A stretch of DNA of 64,000 nt from Cycas panzhihuaensis (lineage: Eukaryota > Plantae > Cycadophyta), in contig CM041465.1 of NCBI GenBank assembly GCA_023213395.1, positions 99,765,741 to 99,829,740 of the forward strand, in the 5' to 3' direction. The translations under genes and the position numbers were made by a program. Shown piece by piece: positions 50,969 through 64,000 of the stretch. The notes under the pieces are model-generated. The model did not search any database. It saw only the letters and a program-made list of their open reading frames with translations, and was not told where the DNA came from. Numbering within the stretch: position 1 is the first letter of the stretch; each line of letters begins with the position of its first letter.

Positions 50969-53900
50969 TGTTTCCTGGCTATCGGGAATGGACATGGATG
51001 GCACCTCTTAAATAGGCACAAGCATATCTCCAACCTTGCTCCTTATTTACTTCAAGATGTAATGAGATATTTAGAAGATGCATTCTATAAGGTATTGTTG
51101 CTTGCATGGTTGAGATTCTTGGTTTACCTGCCCTTTCTTATGCCTATGATTATTATTTCAACCTATGAAAACTTAGGACAAATGTCCTATGGCATTACAC
51201 AACCGTCCACAACACCTTTTCACAACTCCTAGGTATTGTTAGGCTCCTGCAACCCACTCTTGATTGTTATTAGCATTAGACATGGTCCTTAATACATTGT
51301 TTCAGGCCTAACCACCCTTGCACATGCCAATTACCCCTCATTGGGGCCTTATTGCCATCCTCTTCTTGCTTAATGAGGTCCCATCGATGCCTAAGGGTCT
51401 CTTAGATGCCTTACCAATCCAACTCATTGCTCTATTGGGCCCTAAGACCTTTCTTCTCGCAGCCTTCTAGGCCTCTCTTTTATTTTTTCCTTTATTTTAT
51501 TCGTACTGAAGTAATATTTGTGGTACCATAGCAATATTCATGTTACCACTATAAATTTCATGGTACCATGAAGTTTTTCATAGGGTGACTATCCATTAAC
51601 ACTTACGGCCTGGAAATGGCTAATTTCACATTTATTACAAAACTAACACATGGAAGGATGTTGTTTCCCACTTAGGGCATACTCTAATTGCTCAATAGAC
51701 CTAATTTAAGTATAAAACCTAAATTTTGAATCTATTTTATCTCTCTTGGCTCTCTTATGAAAGGTGAAAATTCCTATAACCTGCATTCTCTGCTCTCTCC
51801 TTCTATCTTCCTTTTCTCTTAGTATAAAACCCTAGATTGCAGGTCTGCACTAGCTCGTCTTCAGTAGGCATTCCTCCCAAAGTACTCATCCCAGCTACTA
51901 GAACAATTTTTTGTAGGGTTTTCACTCTTATTTTTACTGCCAAGAGGATTCTTTCTCCACCTAGAAAGAGGGATCATCGCCCTTCCTTCCATGTATCAGG
52001 TAATATCCATCTTAATTCAGTTTTATGGGTTGTCTCTGATTTGTTTTCTACTACCATTTCTTTTTACAACTATATTTAGTGGGTATTTCTATTTATTTGC
52101 AAGTCTTGTATATATATTCATATCTTGGGGACATCTAAAGGAAGGCAAACCATTCCTTCCCTCTTGTTTATGCCTCAACACCTCCTAGTTTTCTTCTTGG
52201 GACATAAGCAACTGGATCATAGGAACCCTTTGAGAGGGAGAAGAGGAGTATATGGCTAGGGTTCTGACCCTCATAGCCACATCCTCTAAGACATCCCGCT
52301 ACCTCTCATGGTCTTCTTATGCCATATCCACCTTACACACCAAGAAAACCCTTGGGTGAAGGCTTCTGTTGGTCTGTAACACTTGCAACTAGCCCTTATG
52401 CATATTATTTGGTAGTAGATTTCATTGTAAATCTTGGACATCTCATAAAATTGCCATCCTCTTTGCAAATCTTGCAAAAGTTGTGACATTGTAACTTTTG
52501 CAACATTTACACTTTTTGCATCTTTTACATCTTATTGGTTCTTGTAAGTTATATCATTTTCCTTAATTGCTTGGAGTTACAAACCCTCTCTTGATTTGTT
52601 TGTCTAGAGTACTTAAGCACATGGAGGTGTCTTGTTTAGAGGAGTTAACCATTCTAAGGATCTCCTATCTCACACTCTTTAAACCCCCCTTTCCCTTTGA
52701 GAATTATTTGGAAACATTTAAATACATGGTGGGAAAAATTAGAATATATATATATATTACTTCTTTTCTTTAAGGCATTAAGCAAGTTTTGGATTTCCTT
52801 TTAGCAAGTACATGCATACACACATATATCCATACACATTGGTATATGTATATCATTATTTATTAGAAGGAGTTAGGTCGTAAAGCATCTCTACCTACTC
52901 CAAGCAAGTAAGGATCATACAAGAAGGTACATGCATCTCATTTCCATTTATTTCTTTGGATCTTTCCTTTGAACCTTTTATTCCTTTCGGTTAAGCATTA
53001 TAGGGAAGGTAAGGAAGCCCCCACCAATGGTTTTGATCATAACGCCGATCATAGTTAGGAGTGTAAGGTGATTGGCGAAGGGAAAGCAATGAAGGGAAGA
53101 AGATGCACTTCATCAACAAGCTTGATTATAGGTGCACTCTCTCTAATCTTTCTTTCCTCCCTTATCCCTGTCCCCCATTTCCCAAGAAGGAAAAGTAGGT
53201 TGCATTTCCATATTATTTACAATCATTAACTTTGCATTCATTTAAAAGGAAAGTCATCCATATTTGCTTTTCTAACCATCACATTGTTGTGCCTCAACCT
53301 CACTTCCCTTTTACTTTCTCCTATTGCATGAATATAAAAAGTGATAGTTTGGGTTAGTGCACCTCTCACTTTGCATCTCAAAAGGGAAGTGATAGAAAAA
53401 GGGTTCTCCTTCTTTATTGCATCCCTTTCTTGCATATACTTTGAATACACAAGGGTAAGAACACAAAAGGGAACCTAGGCCTTTTGGTAGTCATCTTTTC
53501 TTTCATGCATTATTGAAATAAGTTGCATAATCCATCATACTCTCTTCCTCTTTTGCACTCCCCTTTCCCCTTTCACCTAGTCCTTTTGCTTATAAAAGTA
53601 AAAGAGAGAGAGGGAAAAATGAGAAAAAGAAAGAGAATTTCCTTTAAGTTGCATTTACTTAGTAGTAATACTCTGTACCTTTGCACCACCTTTGAATAAA
53701 ACTAAGACATTATCTAAGACTCTTAACATACATAGACACTTGTTTGTTTCACATAAACCCTAGAGGCTTTCCTTTAGGTAACCCTTGGCAAGGTACCCCA
53801 TTCATCTTGTCCTTCTTGGGATTTGGTTTATCTACACCAAACCCCTCTTATATTTCTCTGCTTACCATCTCTCTCTTATTTCGTAGGCCTCCTATTCCAC

Positions 53901-56900
53901 TAGGGTTTATCTCCTCTTTTCCCTCCATTTTGGGAAAAGAGCTTTTGTCCTCCCTCTCCTTCCTCCACCTGTAAGGATAGGAGAGTCCCTCTTTAGGCTA
54001 CTTGGTAAACTAAGGATGCCTTTGCCCGTACCAAATCTGAGAAGGTACTTGCTGAAAGGGAGAGTCTTATGTGCTATTTACGGGTCTTTGAACTTGCATT
54101 TTGATTCATGAACACCGTTTATGGGTGAGCTATCCCCTTACCTCTACAGACATTTAAGCTCCTAGTATAGTGATAGTGTGGGCTTAATATCCTTAGTTTT
54201 AGTGACCCATAGAGGTGCACTTTTAGTAGCAACCATACTGGGGACCTGCCAGTAAAGGAACCATTCTAGTTTCCTTTGGGTTAGTGTTGCCTCTCTCTTT
54301 TGGTATCTCTTCTTGATTTGGTAGGCAACCCCCAATATTTTTTATACTGCTTATCTCTCTTTCTTCTAGAGTCTTAGGAGGAACTTAAATATAATGATTC
54401 TCTCATCATTTGTAGGGCGTCCCTCCTTCTTTGAAAGAGTTACCTTATTCTCCCCTTCCTTTGTCTGATTCTAAATTAGCTATGGAGGGATTCTCTTTGG
54501 AATGGTCCTACGACACCTATATCTATGAAGCCTAACAACAACCTTCAACCTCTTTCTAGGGTCCCACCTAAGTGGGTGACGATCCCATTTTTTATCTAAG
54601 TGATCAAGAGCACCTAAGTATCCACCATCTCCCCACACATGACATGGGAGCTTCTTCTCCCATGGGATATCACCACCTTGGTGAGAGTGCCCATGAAGAT
54701 TACCTTGTGGGATCTACTTCATATGAGGAACCTTCTACCTTATATGAGTAAGTAGAAACCCCTCATGTGGATGTGGTGGAAGTGCTACATTAATGCTTCT
54801 AGGCTACAAGTCTCCAACCACCCCCAAACTGGTTGGAGACCATCTTGCATAGTGTAGTGCCCTCCTCTTCCTCATATACGCCCCCATACTCTTCTTATTT
54901 AGCTTTGATATCTACAACAAGAATATCCCTCATTGTTGCCTCTTCTTCGTCTATCCCCCATACTTTAGGGAACACCCAAGGTATACCCACTTCCTAGATT
55001 GGGTTGAGTATACCTCCTCCTAGCCAAGTGACCACACCTCAACCAACCTTGGTCCACCTGTCTTTTACTTGACCTAAGGGACCTACATGTCCCTCTTCCT
55101 CTAGTTATGTGGGGAAAATCCCTATGTGCTCTCAACCCTAACCTAGGGATCCTTATCTTTATGCGCCCCTAGGATACACTCCCCAACCATGGGGGCATGG
55201 AAAGGAAAATCCCATTCCTATCTATGGGATGGACTTCTTCCATCTGTATGGCATTACACCACCTACTAGGAGGCTGTATTGGAAGAATATGATGCCACAC
55301 CCATTTGCTTCATTGTCATGCGTTACCTCGCATGCGGTGCCTTTGCAAGGAGGACAAACTCCTCCTTAGGGCTCCTTTCCCCAAGTCTCCATTCAATAAG
55401 GGGCATATCTTCAAGGGGGGATGGGTTCCTCTTACCCATTCACCTCTATCCTGGTTCCTTCACATCCAGGATTAGACCCTTCCCCACTAAGTAGGAGGGA
55501 GTTCATATCCCAAATCTCCTAAGGAAGATTTGGGAACCTGTGCCCACCTCCTCCTTCATCTTTTATTGACCCTTCAGCTCAACTAAGGGCCCATCTCTTT
55601 ATCAACTTTAGGTTAACCCCTTTGTCGATTGAGGTGTTAAGGACTAATTTACTACCTCATCCTCCTGAGGTGCCTAAGTTTAATAGGACCTCTTTGTAAG
55701 ACCCAATAGAGCATGTTAGGAGTTTCTCCATGGCGTGTATTGATTACTGGGCCTATGATCACATCCTAATGAAGCTCTTTCCTTAATCCTTATAGGGCGA
55801 TACCCTTAAGTAGATCTATCACCTCCCTGCCTATTTGATTCATTTATTCCAATAACTCGTAGATGAGTTTGTCAACTATTTTGATGTTACTCATCCATTT
55901 AAGAGTGGAATGAAAGCCTTATTATCTCTTAAACAAGGTCACAAGGAGATGAACCGTGACTTTGTTAGGTGTTTTCATGATCTCCTTCACTCCACAAAGG
56001 TCGCATTGCCTAAGGAGCTAAAAAGGGATGTCTTTATGAATGCCCTTATCCTAAGGTATATGTTGAGGTCCTCAAAATGGGGCAACAACATGTGACTCTA
56101 CTATAGCCAAGTGCTTAGCTCTTGAGGCTACTAAGATCCAAGTGGGTCTAAAGAAACCTCTCAAACCATCATAACGATGCAAGGCACCCCCTCTGTCTCA
56201 TGACATCAAACTACAATAATCCTAAAAGTCTTCATCCCACTCAATGGAGAAGACTTTGGATCCCTTGACCTCCAGCATACATTCATTCGAATATATAATG
56301 AAGGAGCTTAAGCTCGAAGCTCCTCCTCCATTGCTAAACTTCCTAAGCAACACCTTCTAATGATGGAAATACTAATTCTTCTCAAATAAGGAATACCAAA
56401 CCTTCCTTAGAGAAGAAGTGGTGCTCCATCCATGGTGAATTCTTTCATGAGGATTCACAATATAGGGTACATCACCCTAAACCTACTCCACATCATGATT
56501 CCTCTCCCAAGCAGGCATCTAGGCCTAACTTAGACCAACTCGTCCATAGGGATCCTTTTCCCAAATATGGAGAAAGAGATTAGCATGCCCAACATAGAGG
56601 GAATCAGAATAGGAAAGGTCTCCTAACCCTCGTCTGATGTAAGCTAAGGGAAAGGGGGTAAGAAGTTCCTCTTCTTCTTCCAGTTCTTGCCATCAAACCC
56701 CTTCACCCTCTTGATCCTAGAATAAGGGAAAAAGAGTCATCTAAATGCTTGAGACCACACCCCTATATGCTTTGACTTAGCCTCAAGTAGACAAAGAGGC
56801 CATAATTGCCTCTTCCTCTTATCATCTTAATCCTCCATTAGATATCCCTCCTTCTAAGATTCCTCTGCTCCATAAGATCATCCTTATTTACCCGAGTCAC

Positions 56901-58592
56901 TATGATTTCTGAAGGGTACTTACCTAATGAATAGGAAAAGCAAAATCCTTCTCTATCATATATGAGCTTCATCTAGTGGATATTGGGATGTCCATAATGG
57001 ACATCTTGAGGAGTTGTGTAGAGAAATACACTCTCCTTTTGGAGACTTTAGGGTTGGTGGATGCATGCATCCAACCTTTGGATATTACCTCAAGTTAGGA
57101 ACTTGTAATCTCTTTTGACCTTAAAGATCTCCCCCCGACTGGCGAAATGGAATGCTAATGGCACTACCCTTTCATCATATCTATAGACACTCTTGATTGT
57201 ACCCTCTGAAGGACTATTATAGATAATGCTTCTTTTATAAATGTTATGCCTTTACATATCATGCAGGAGTTAGGCATAGTAGCCCTCGGGCCAGTTCTAT
57301 GGCATTGTCAAGGCTACAATGGTAGCGAGAAAATACCCTTAGGTTCTGACTCTATTCCCCTTATCCTTGAAGATAAAACCATTCTCACTAACATTATGGT
57401 CCTTAACATAGACGTGGACTACAACCTTTTGTTGGGATGCCCATGGCTCGATTAGATAGGAGTTGTGTGTTCGTCTCATTGGGGACAGCTTAAATTCATC
57501 CATAAAGGATGAATGAAGGTTATTTCTCGGGAGCCTCCTCCCATTAAATAATTGTACCAGTCTTGTCAAGCAATTCATGATTGAGTGAAGGGCAACAAAG
57601 GCCCAACCATTCACACTTTTGCCTACATGATTGATATTCCAAGCACGTCTTACTTAGAGGAGGGACCTTCTCCTTCCTCTTCTAACCTCATTCGTTTTGC
57701 CTCTACTAGTGTAGGGAGTTATGGGTACCTCGCTATTTTGAGCAATGATGAGTCTGACAGTGAGGACAAGGACCTCCTTTATCCCATATCCCTACTAAAC
57801 ATAAGTAGGGAGTGCTTGCTTCATTTCAGGTCCTAAACTAGAACCCCTTCCATTGTGGAGCCTATTACTCCCATTGAGTTGCATGAGGCCATTCCCATCT
57901 ATTGTGTGACCTCCCATGCCACCTTGCCTTCTATCTCATTGCCTTCCTTAGGTGATGAGGATAAGGAACCTCCTGTTATGTGTCATAGGAGATTACCCTC
58001 CAACTCTTCTAAAGATTCCCTTAACTACATTGAGTGGTGGATCTATCACTATGGGCCCACTGCTGCTCTCACTTCCCATTCTTCATCTTCTCTAAGTATA
58101 AGTATCTATGGGGTAGACTACTTTAAGAATGACGAGCCATTGTTAGAGCATTTAGTAGGCTCCATGCCCAACCTCCCTCCTAGTCACCATAAGCTTAGTT
58201 ACCGAAAGATCTTAGCTCTTGGGTCACCCTTAACTGACCCAGGCCAACCCAGTTCCTCTCTGCCCCTTCCTATTGAACAAGCCCCTCTCTATTTTGAGGA
58301 GGGAAATGCCATATACATGGGAGCAACCAAGGACATCATTCTCACCCCAAGCAAGGTCATCAAGGTGGGAGAAGAATGTTCCCTTAAAGAAATAGAGGAA
58401 TATATTTTAGGAATTCTGTGATGTTTTTGCATGGGACTAGACTGACATGAAGGGAATAGATCCCTCCATCATAACCAACAATCTTATGACTATCCCGCCC
58501 CATGCGATAAAAGCAGCACCCCCTCCATCTTAAGTTATCTACTGTCATCAAGATGGAAGTTAAAAAACTCTTCGATATAGGGTTGATCACTA
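50969..58592 (+). mobile_element. 5' half of Tat-family element copy D: LTR 50969-54225, PBS 54227-54245, decayed gag-protease and start of RT (from 54482)
   Basis: LTR start TGTTTCCTGGCTATCGGGAATGG; MKALLSLKQGH, MPLHIMQELG...DYNLLLGCPWLD and KMEVKKL are colinear with copy B; breaks off abruptly near 58592. Confidence 0.9.
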
Positions 58593-59554
58593 ACTTGCCT
58601 TCTAAGGTTCTATACAATCCCTATTGTACCATAAGTTCATATGCTTTGAGCTTCCACAGCTTAAAGTTATTTCTCCCATTGAACTTCTCCACCTTAAACT
58701 TTGCATTTGTTACTTTTGCTATTTGATATAGAAAGAACCAATACCAAATATTTCACATACTTGCTATAAAATATTAGTATCTTTTATGCCACTTGTTAAG
58801 AAAACTTGGTTCTAAATAACCAAATCTACCATCAAGATCTATTCTATTTTATAATAAGAACAAGATTTAAAATTATAATCAAATGTAAGTACAAAAACTA
58901 GAGATCATTCAACACATACATAAGAAAAGCATAAGCATTACCAAGTATACTAGATTTAATATGGTAGAACCATAAGATGGTGCTAAGGAAACGTCTGCAT
59001 AAGAAAGGCAGGCTTTATTTATCAAGAATGGAAATCTATCCTATAACTACCATAAAGTTCTCATAGCAACAACAACACAACCATCCTCAAAAAAAAGAAA
59101 AAAAAGAAAAAAAACCCTAATTTAGGTTATACAAAGAGTGTCATAAGAAGGTATAAAATCTCAACCATCAAATCTAGGGCCTTTTTTATGAAGATGATGC
59201 CCTATTTAAGCTTCTAAAAGATAACTTAGGCTACTAAAGTCTAGACAAATGAGCTCTCCTTCTTAAGAAGATTTATCAGTGTCTTGGCATTCATAATGAA
59301 ATTTGCTAGGAAGTACTATAGGAAACCTAGATATCCCAAGAGTAACTTGACCTATTTTTACTTCTTAAGTGGGAGAGATTTCAGGATCACTTTGGCTTTC
59401 TTAGGATAGAATTGGATCCTATTTTAGGATCTTATATATTTTATTTATATTTTTAGGCCATTTTTGAGTTTTTTTAATTATATATATAAGCTTACTAACT
59501 TATGGGCCTATTCATAGCAGGGAGCCTACATTGACTTAACCCCACACAATAACA
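58593..59554 (-). mobile_element. Truncated Copia (Tnt1/Tork-like) element: putative LTR 58794-59554, degenerate PBS and gag N-terminus
   Basis: Minus-strand KFKVEKFNGRNNFKLWKLK..ELMVQ*GL at ~58715-58600; termini TGTTA...TAACA followed by AGTGGCAT. Confidence 0.75.
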
Positions 59555-62500
59555 TTCACTCCTCTACTATGTGTAATGGAGATATGGGGAGCTGAGACTT
59601 ATGAGCTTCATTAGGTTAGAGTTGAGCGAGACTAATTACAAGTTTGAGTCCAAGAGTTAAAGGCATAGCAACTAATAGTGGCACCACCAGTAGTAGCAAT
59701 ACCCCTAGAGGCAACTAGGGATACATACATGCAAGTTTCAATTTTAGAGCTATATCTCCTAGAGGTATAGGGGGAGTAAGACCATCTTCAATTGAGGTAC
59801 AATTAACTAGTAGATCAAATTACAGCATGATCATCAGGGACACATATGACTACCCTATCACATCAATGACCAAGAGACGAGAGTTACCCTTAGGAAGAGG
59901 GGAGTGGGGTTGGGCTAGCATAGTGACCAAGGATGAGCATTGGGGGTACATGGACCCCACCAAAGTAGAGGAGGGAGAAGCCATGAGATGGCACCCTATG
60001 ATGGCATGATAGGAGGGATAAATATGTATATGCATCTTTTTCATAGTAGAGGAGAGTAAGGCCTCTAAGGGTATAGAGCCTATATGCATGATTGTACCCA
60101 CCTATAAGGATCCCAGCCTCCTCTCAGGATGATACATCTTTATCCACCATATACTTGTCACTTTTTGGATATATATAGATATTTATAGGAGTAAATTAGC
60201 ACCCTATCATTTGCTCTATATCTTTTATATATTTTTTGTGGATGTATTCTTTATGCATATGTCATACCACTCTCGCATGTGCATGTGCTTAGTTTATGTA
60301 TGTTTAATTTATCATGATCTTATATATATGGCATTGTAGCTCATACACCCACATTCCACATGAAATGGTATCACACACTTAGAGATCTAGTTTATACTCA
60401 TGGTGAAGTCTTACGCCTTCTCGTTATGGGATTGTCATCATCACCACACAAAGACGATAGAAAAAGATTTAGGTAAAGCACCTTATATCGATATGACACC
60501 CAAGGTAGGGATAATTTAAGCTCATTTTGGAGTAACAAAGGGGATGTAAATCAACTTCATACTCCTCTTTTAAGGAGGAATCCTAGCCTTATGGATATGG
60601 ATAATTTAGGCTCATTTTGGAGTGAGTTGGTAATTTAGGCTTATATCAAAGCAAGTTGGTAATTTAGGCTCATACTAGAGCAAGTTGGTAATTTAGGCTC
60701 ATACTGGAGTAGGTTGGTAGTTTAAGTTTATACCAAACCAAGTTGGTAGTTTAGGCTCATACCAGAGCAAGTTAGTAGTTTAGGCTCATATCAAAGCAAG
60801 TTATCATCACTACCCCCTAATTTAGAGGGCCAAGATGTTAACTATAAAATCTTTTTAGAAACTAACCATTGGTAACTTTCTCAAACTCGAGGCCTTCTAA
60901 AGTAGTAATATAATATGCATCGTTCTTTAATGTATCAAGGACTACAAAGGGGCCTATCCATTTTGGGCTAAATTTTGAGAGGCAGTCATATAAGTACTCT
61001 AGTTTAAGGACTTTATCCCCAAGAACTAGAGGGCACAATCGAAGGTGCTTGTCATGCATTTTTTGGGCCTTAACCATGGATGCAAGGTTGGCTTGGTATG
61101 TAGTGGCACATTTTTCATCCAACGCCTCAAGATTAAGAAGATGGGCCTAACATCACTACTCTTCATCAATGAAGTCTTTAAGAAAAACTCGTAATAAAAG
61201 GATTTCAACCTTAAGGGGAAGGAAAACCTCTGATCCTTAGACCAAAGAGAAAGGAGTCATTCCTGTAGTGGTCCTAATGGATGTGTGATAGGCCCATAGG
61301 GTGGGATAAATCTGAAGGTATCAATCTCTTTGAGATTGGGTAACTATTTTCTTAAGAATATTGATCAGGGTGTTGTTAAATGCCTCAATCTGGACGTTGG
61401 CCTAGGGATATTAAGGAGATGAGATTTTGTGAGAAATCATAAACTTCTCATAAAGATGATCTAATTCTCTATTATAGAAAGGAGTCCCATTATCTGTAAT
61501 GATAACAATAGGGATCCCAAAATGACAAATAATATTTTCAAAAATGAATGTAGTGATTGTCTTACCCATCATTGAAGATAAATGGTTAGCCTCAATGCAT
61601 TTGGTAAAGTATTATGTTACCATTAGAATTAACTTATGCTGGGCTGAGGAAGGAGAGCTAGTGGCCCCTATAAGGTCTAATCCCCATTGAGAAAATGGCC
61701 ATGATAACACGATGGCATGCAATGCCTCCAATGGTTGGTATATAATGTTGGCATGTTCTTGACATTTATGACAATGTAGGACATGGGTGTGGGCATCTTT
61801 GAATAATATTGGTCAATAGTAACCCTAGCATTATATCCTCTAGGCCATGGATTAGCCTTTGAAATATCCTCCATAGATGCTATAATGGCACTTGCAGAGA
61901 ACTTGATTTGTCTTTTCTAGGGCAATGCACTATAGGAGGACACCTTTAAAGGAATGTTTATATAATGTATCCTAGATAATGAAATATTGGTGTATCGAAG
62001 CCCTAATACTATGCTTGATCTTATCAGAAGCACCATTTAGATACTTTTATTATACCAAATAGTTGACAATGTTCCCATACCATTTATCATTAGCTTGTGA
62101 ATGAGGATCAACCTCTTAGAGTGCTAAAATTGACTCATCTGGCAAAGAGTTATCGATTTGAGTCTTTGATGGATTAGAGATTGGGGCATCTACGAGTTGT
62201 TCAGTGATGAACATACCCTTCTTGGATTTATGATTAATGACCTTAAGGTCATACTCTTAGAGAAGAAGGGCCCACTTACCTATCCTTCTAGTCAGATCCA
62301 ATCACATCATCAAATAACAAAGCAGGTCTAATTAAACATGATATACATTATGTTTCCAAAGAGGTAATGGTGAAGACTCTTAACAACAAAAACTAAAGCT
62401 AAGCATTCTTTTTTACCTGAGGGATAATTTAGTTCAGTAGCAACTAAGGTGTAGCTTATGAAGTCTACAACTTACTCAACCTTAGAATTATCTTCTTAGG

Positions 62501-64000
62501 CTAGCATGGCACCCATGAATTTGTCAGTTGCAGTGGTGTAGAGGATGAAGGGTTGATCAAATAGGGGAGGTGCCAAGACTAAAGATATGATGAGAGCTTT
62601 CTTGAGTTGTTGGAAGGCCACTTGGGCCTTATATGTCCACATAAATAGAATTCCCTTCTTAAGTAGGTTGATTAGTAGTTTAGCATTAATGGTGAAATCC
62701 ACTAAAAACCACCGTAAAAACCTAAGGTGGCCTAAGAATGACTTGATTTGCCATTGAGTTTTGGGTGGTGGCATCTCAATCATGACTATAAGATTATTGG
62801 GGTCAACTTTAATCCCTTCTTGAGATATAAGAGACCCTAATAATTTTCCAACAAATACAACAAAAATGCATTTAAGTAGATTCAGGCTAACATGATATTT
62901 ATGGCAATAAGAGAATATCTTCCTCAAATATGCTAGGTGATTAGCATTTTTCAGGATAGGCCTATAAGATCATCCATAAACACCTCTAAAATATTATTAA
63001 TGAGGTCATGGAGGATAAACTTCATGGCCCTTTAATATGTTACTCTGACATTTTCCAAGATGAAGGGCATAACTTTATAAGTAAACACCCCCCATGGGGT
63101 AGTGAAAGCAATCTTGTGGTAGTACTTTGGGGATATATGGATTTGATTATATCCAAAAAAACTATCCATCAAATACATCACCTTAAATCTAGCTATGTAA
63201 TCAATAATTTAATCAATAAAGGATAGCAAACAATTATCTTTGGGATAAGTGTTATTAATATCCTACAAATGAACACAGATCTTGATCATCTCATTTTTCT
63301 TTGTAACTAGGATAATATTAGATACCCATTTGGGATAATCTATCAAGGTGATGAGACTAGCTATATGTAACTTCTCCACTTCCATTTTAATAGTTGTAGA
63401 GATCTTTGGGTGCAATGGATATTACTTTTTCTTAATAGGGTAGGTACTAGGTATCATAGTAAGGTTATGCGTGATAATTATAAGGTCAATGCCTTTTATG
63501 TCCAAATAATCCCAAGTAAAGATGTCACAAAATTTGTGAAATAACTTTGTATACTCCTTGACTTCTTGGGGTGAACATTTAGCTCCAATTTTAATAATTC
63601 ATTTAGGGGTCAGGGCAATGTCATTAGTGGCTCTTACGCACAATATATTCCCTTCCTCAAAATGAGGAGGGGCTTGATCCACACAAGGTTCTAGAGGTAT
63701 AATTACCTCACTAGGGTCAATTAACAAAGAACTGATAGCTAGGCACTTTAAAAAACCTAGCTTATAGTGCTTGCTAGGTAGGTTAGATGAAGATTCAACT
63801 AAATTCTCAAGGAGAGCTTTATCGTTCTCAATGAAATCAATCCCATGGATCATTTTTCTCAAAGGGACTTGAGAAAAATGATCAAAATACCAATTGATAT
63901 AATGTGGTGATTCTTCAAAAGACTTAGAATATATGTGAAAGATCAATTATCTTATAGATTGCATGAGAGGAAAATTTGATGGTTCCAAATCACAAATAAT
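59555..64000 (-). mobile_element. Partial Tat-family element copy E: decayed RT-RH-INT (64000-~60840), tandem repeat and C-terminal part of the accessory gene (plus strand, ~59560-60130)
   Basis: LNLLKCIFVVFVGKLLG...GIKVDP, FILYTTATDKFMGAMLA and KFSPKWIGPF are homologous to copy B; there is no aRH between RH and INT. Confidence 0.9.
60600..60802. repeat. Seven-copy 29-bp tandem repeat (GGTAATTTAGGCTCATACTAGAGCAAGTT) just downstream of integrase in copy E
   Basis: Units start at 60600, 60629, 60658, 60687, 60716, 60745 and 60774; a partial extra unit lies at ~60510. Confidence 0.92.

Noticed and set aside
60600-60802. CRISPR-like array of 29-bp repeats
   Set aside because: Units are head-to-tail with no unique spacers, there are no cas genes, and the context is a plant retrotransposon.

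Overview
Plant nuclear DNA, probably from a large-genome non-flowering seed plant (inferred from the retroelement types only). It holds one intact host gene in a CpG-retaining island: an intronless, secreted, kinase-less WAK-type galacturonan-binding protein at 25759-26433. The rest is dominated by nested LTR retrotransposons, mostly one Ty3/gypsy Tat-type family: a full-length copy B (3499-19988, 2.6-kb LTRs, TSD GTTTG) nested in the LTR of copy A, itself nested in a third LTR; a solo LTR (29822-33067, TSD AAGAG); an internally deleted copy C (35356-47530, TSD CATGC); and partial copies D (+) and E (-). The most striking feature is this family's architecture. gag-pol ends at the integrase stop and its own RNase H appears degenerate. 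It is followed by a spliced antisense gene encoding a plant mobile domain (PMD) protein with its own TATA box, and then by a free-standing archaeal-type RNase H ORF on the sense strand just before the PPT. Parts of this cassette are seen in four copies. Also present: a complete 323-bp TRIM, remnants of two Copia-type elements and one chromovirus, and tandem repeats. All calls come from reading the sequence by eye; no database searches were run.
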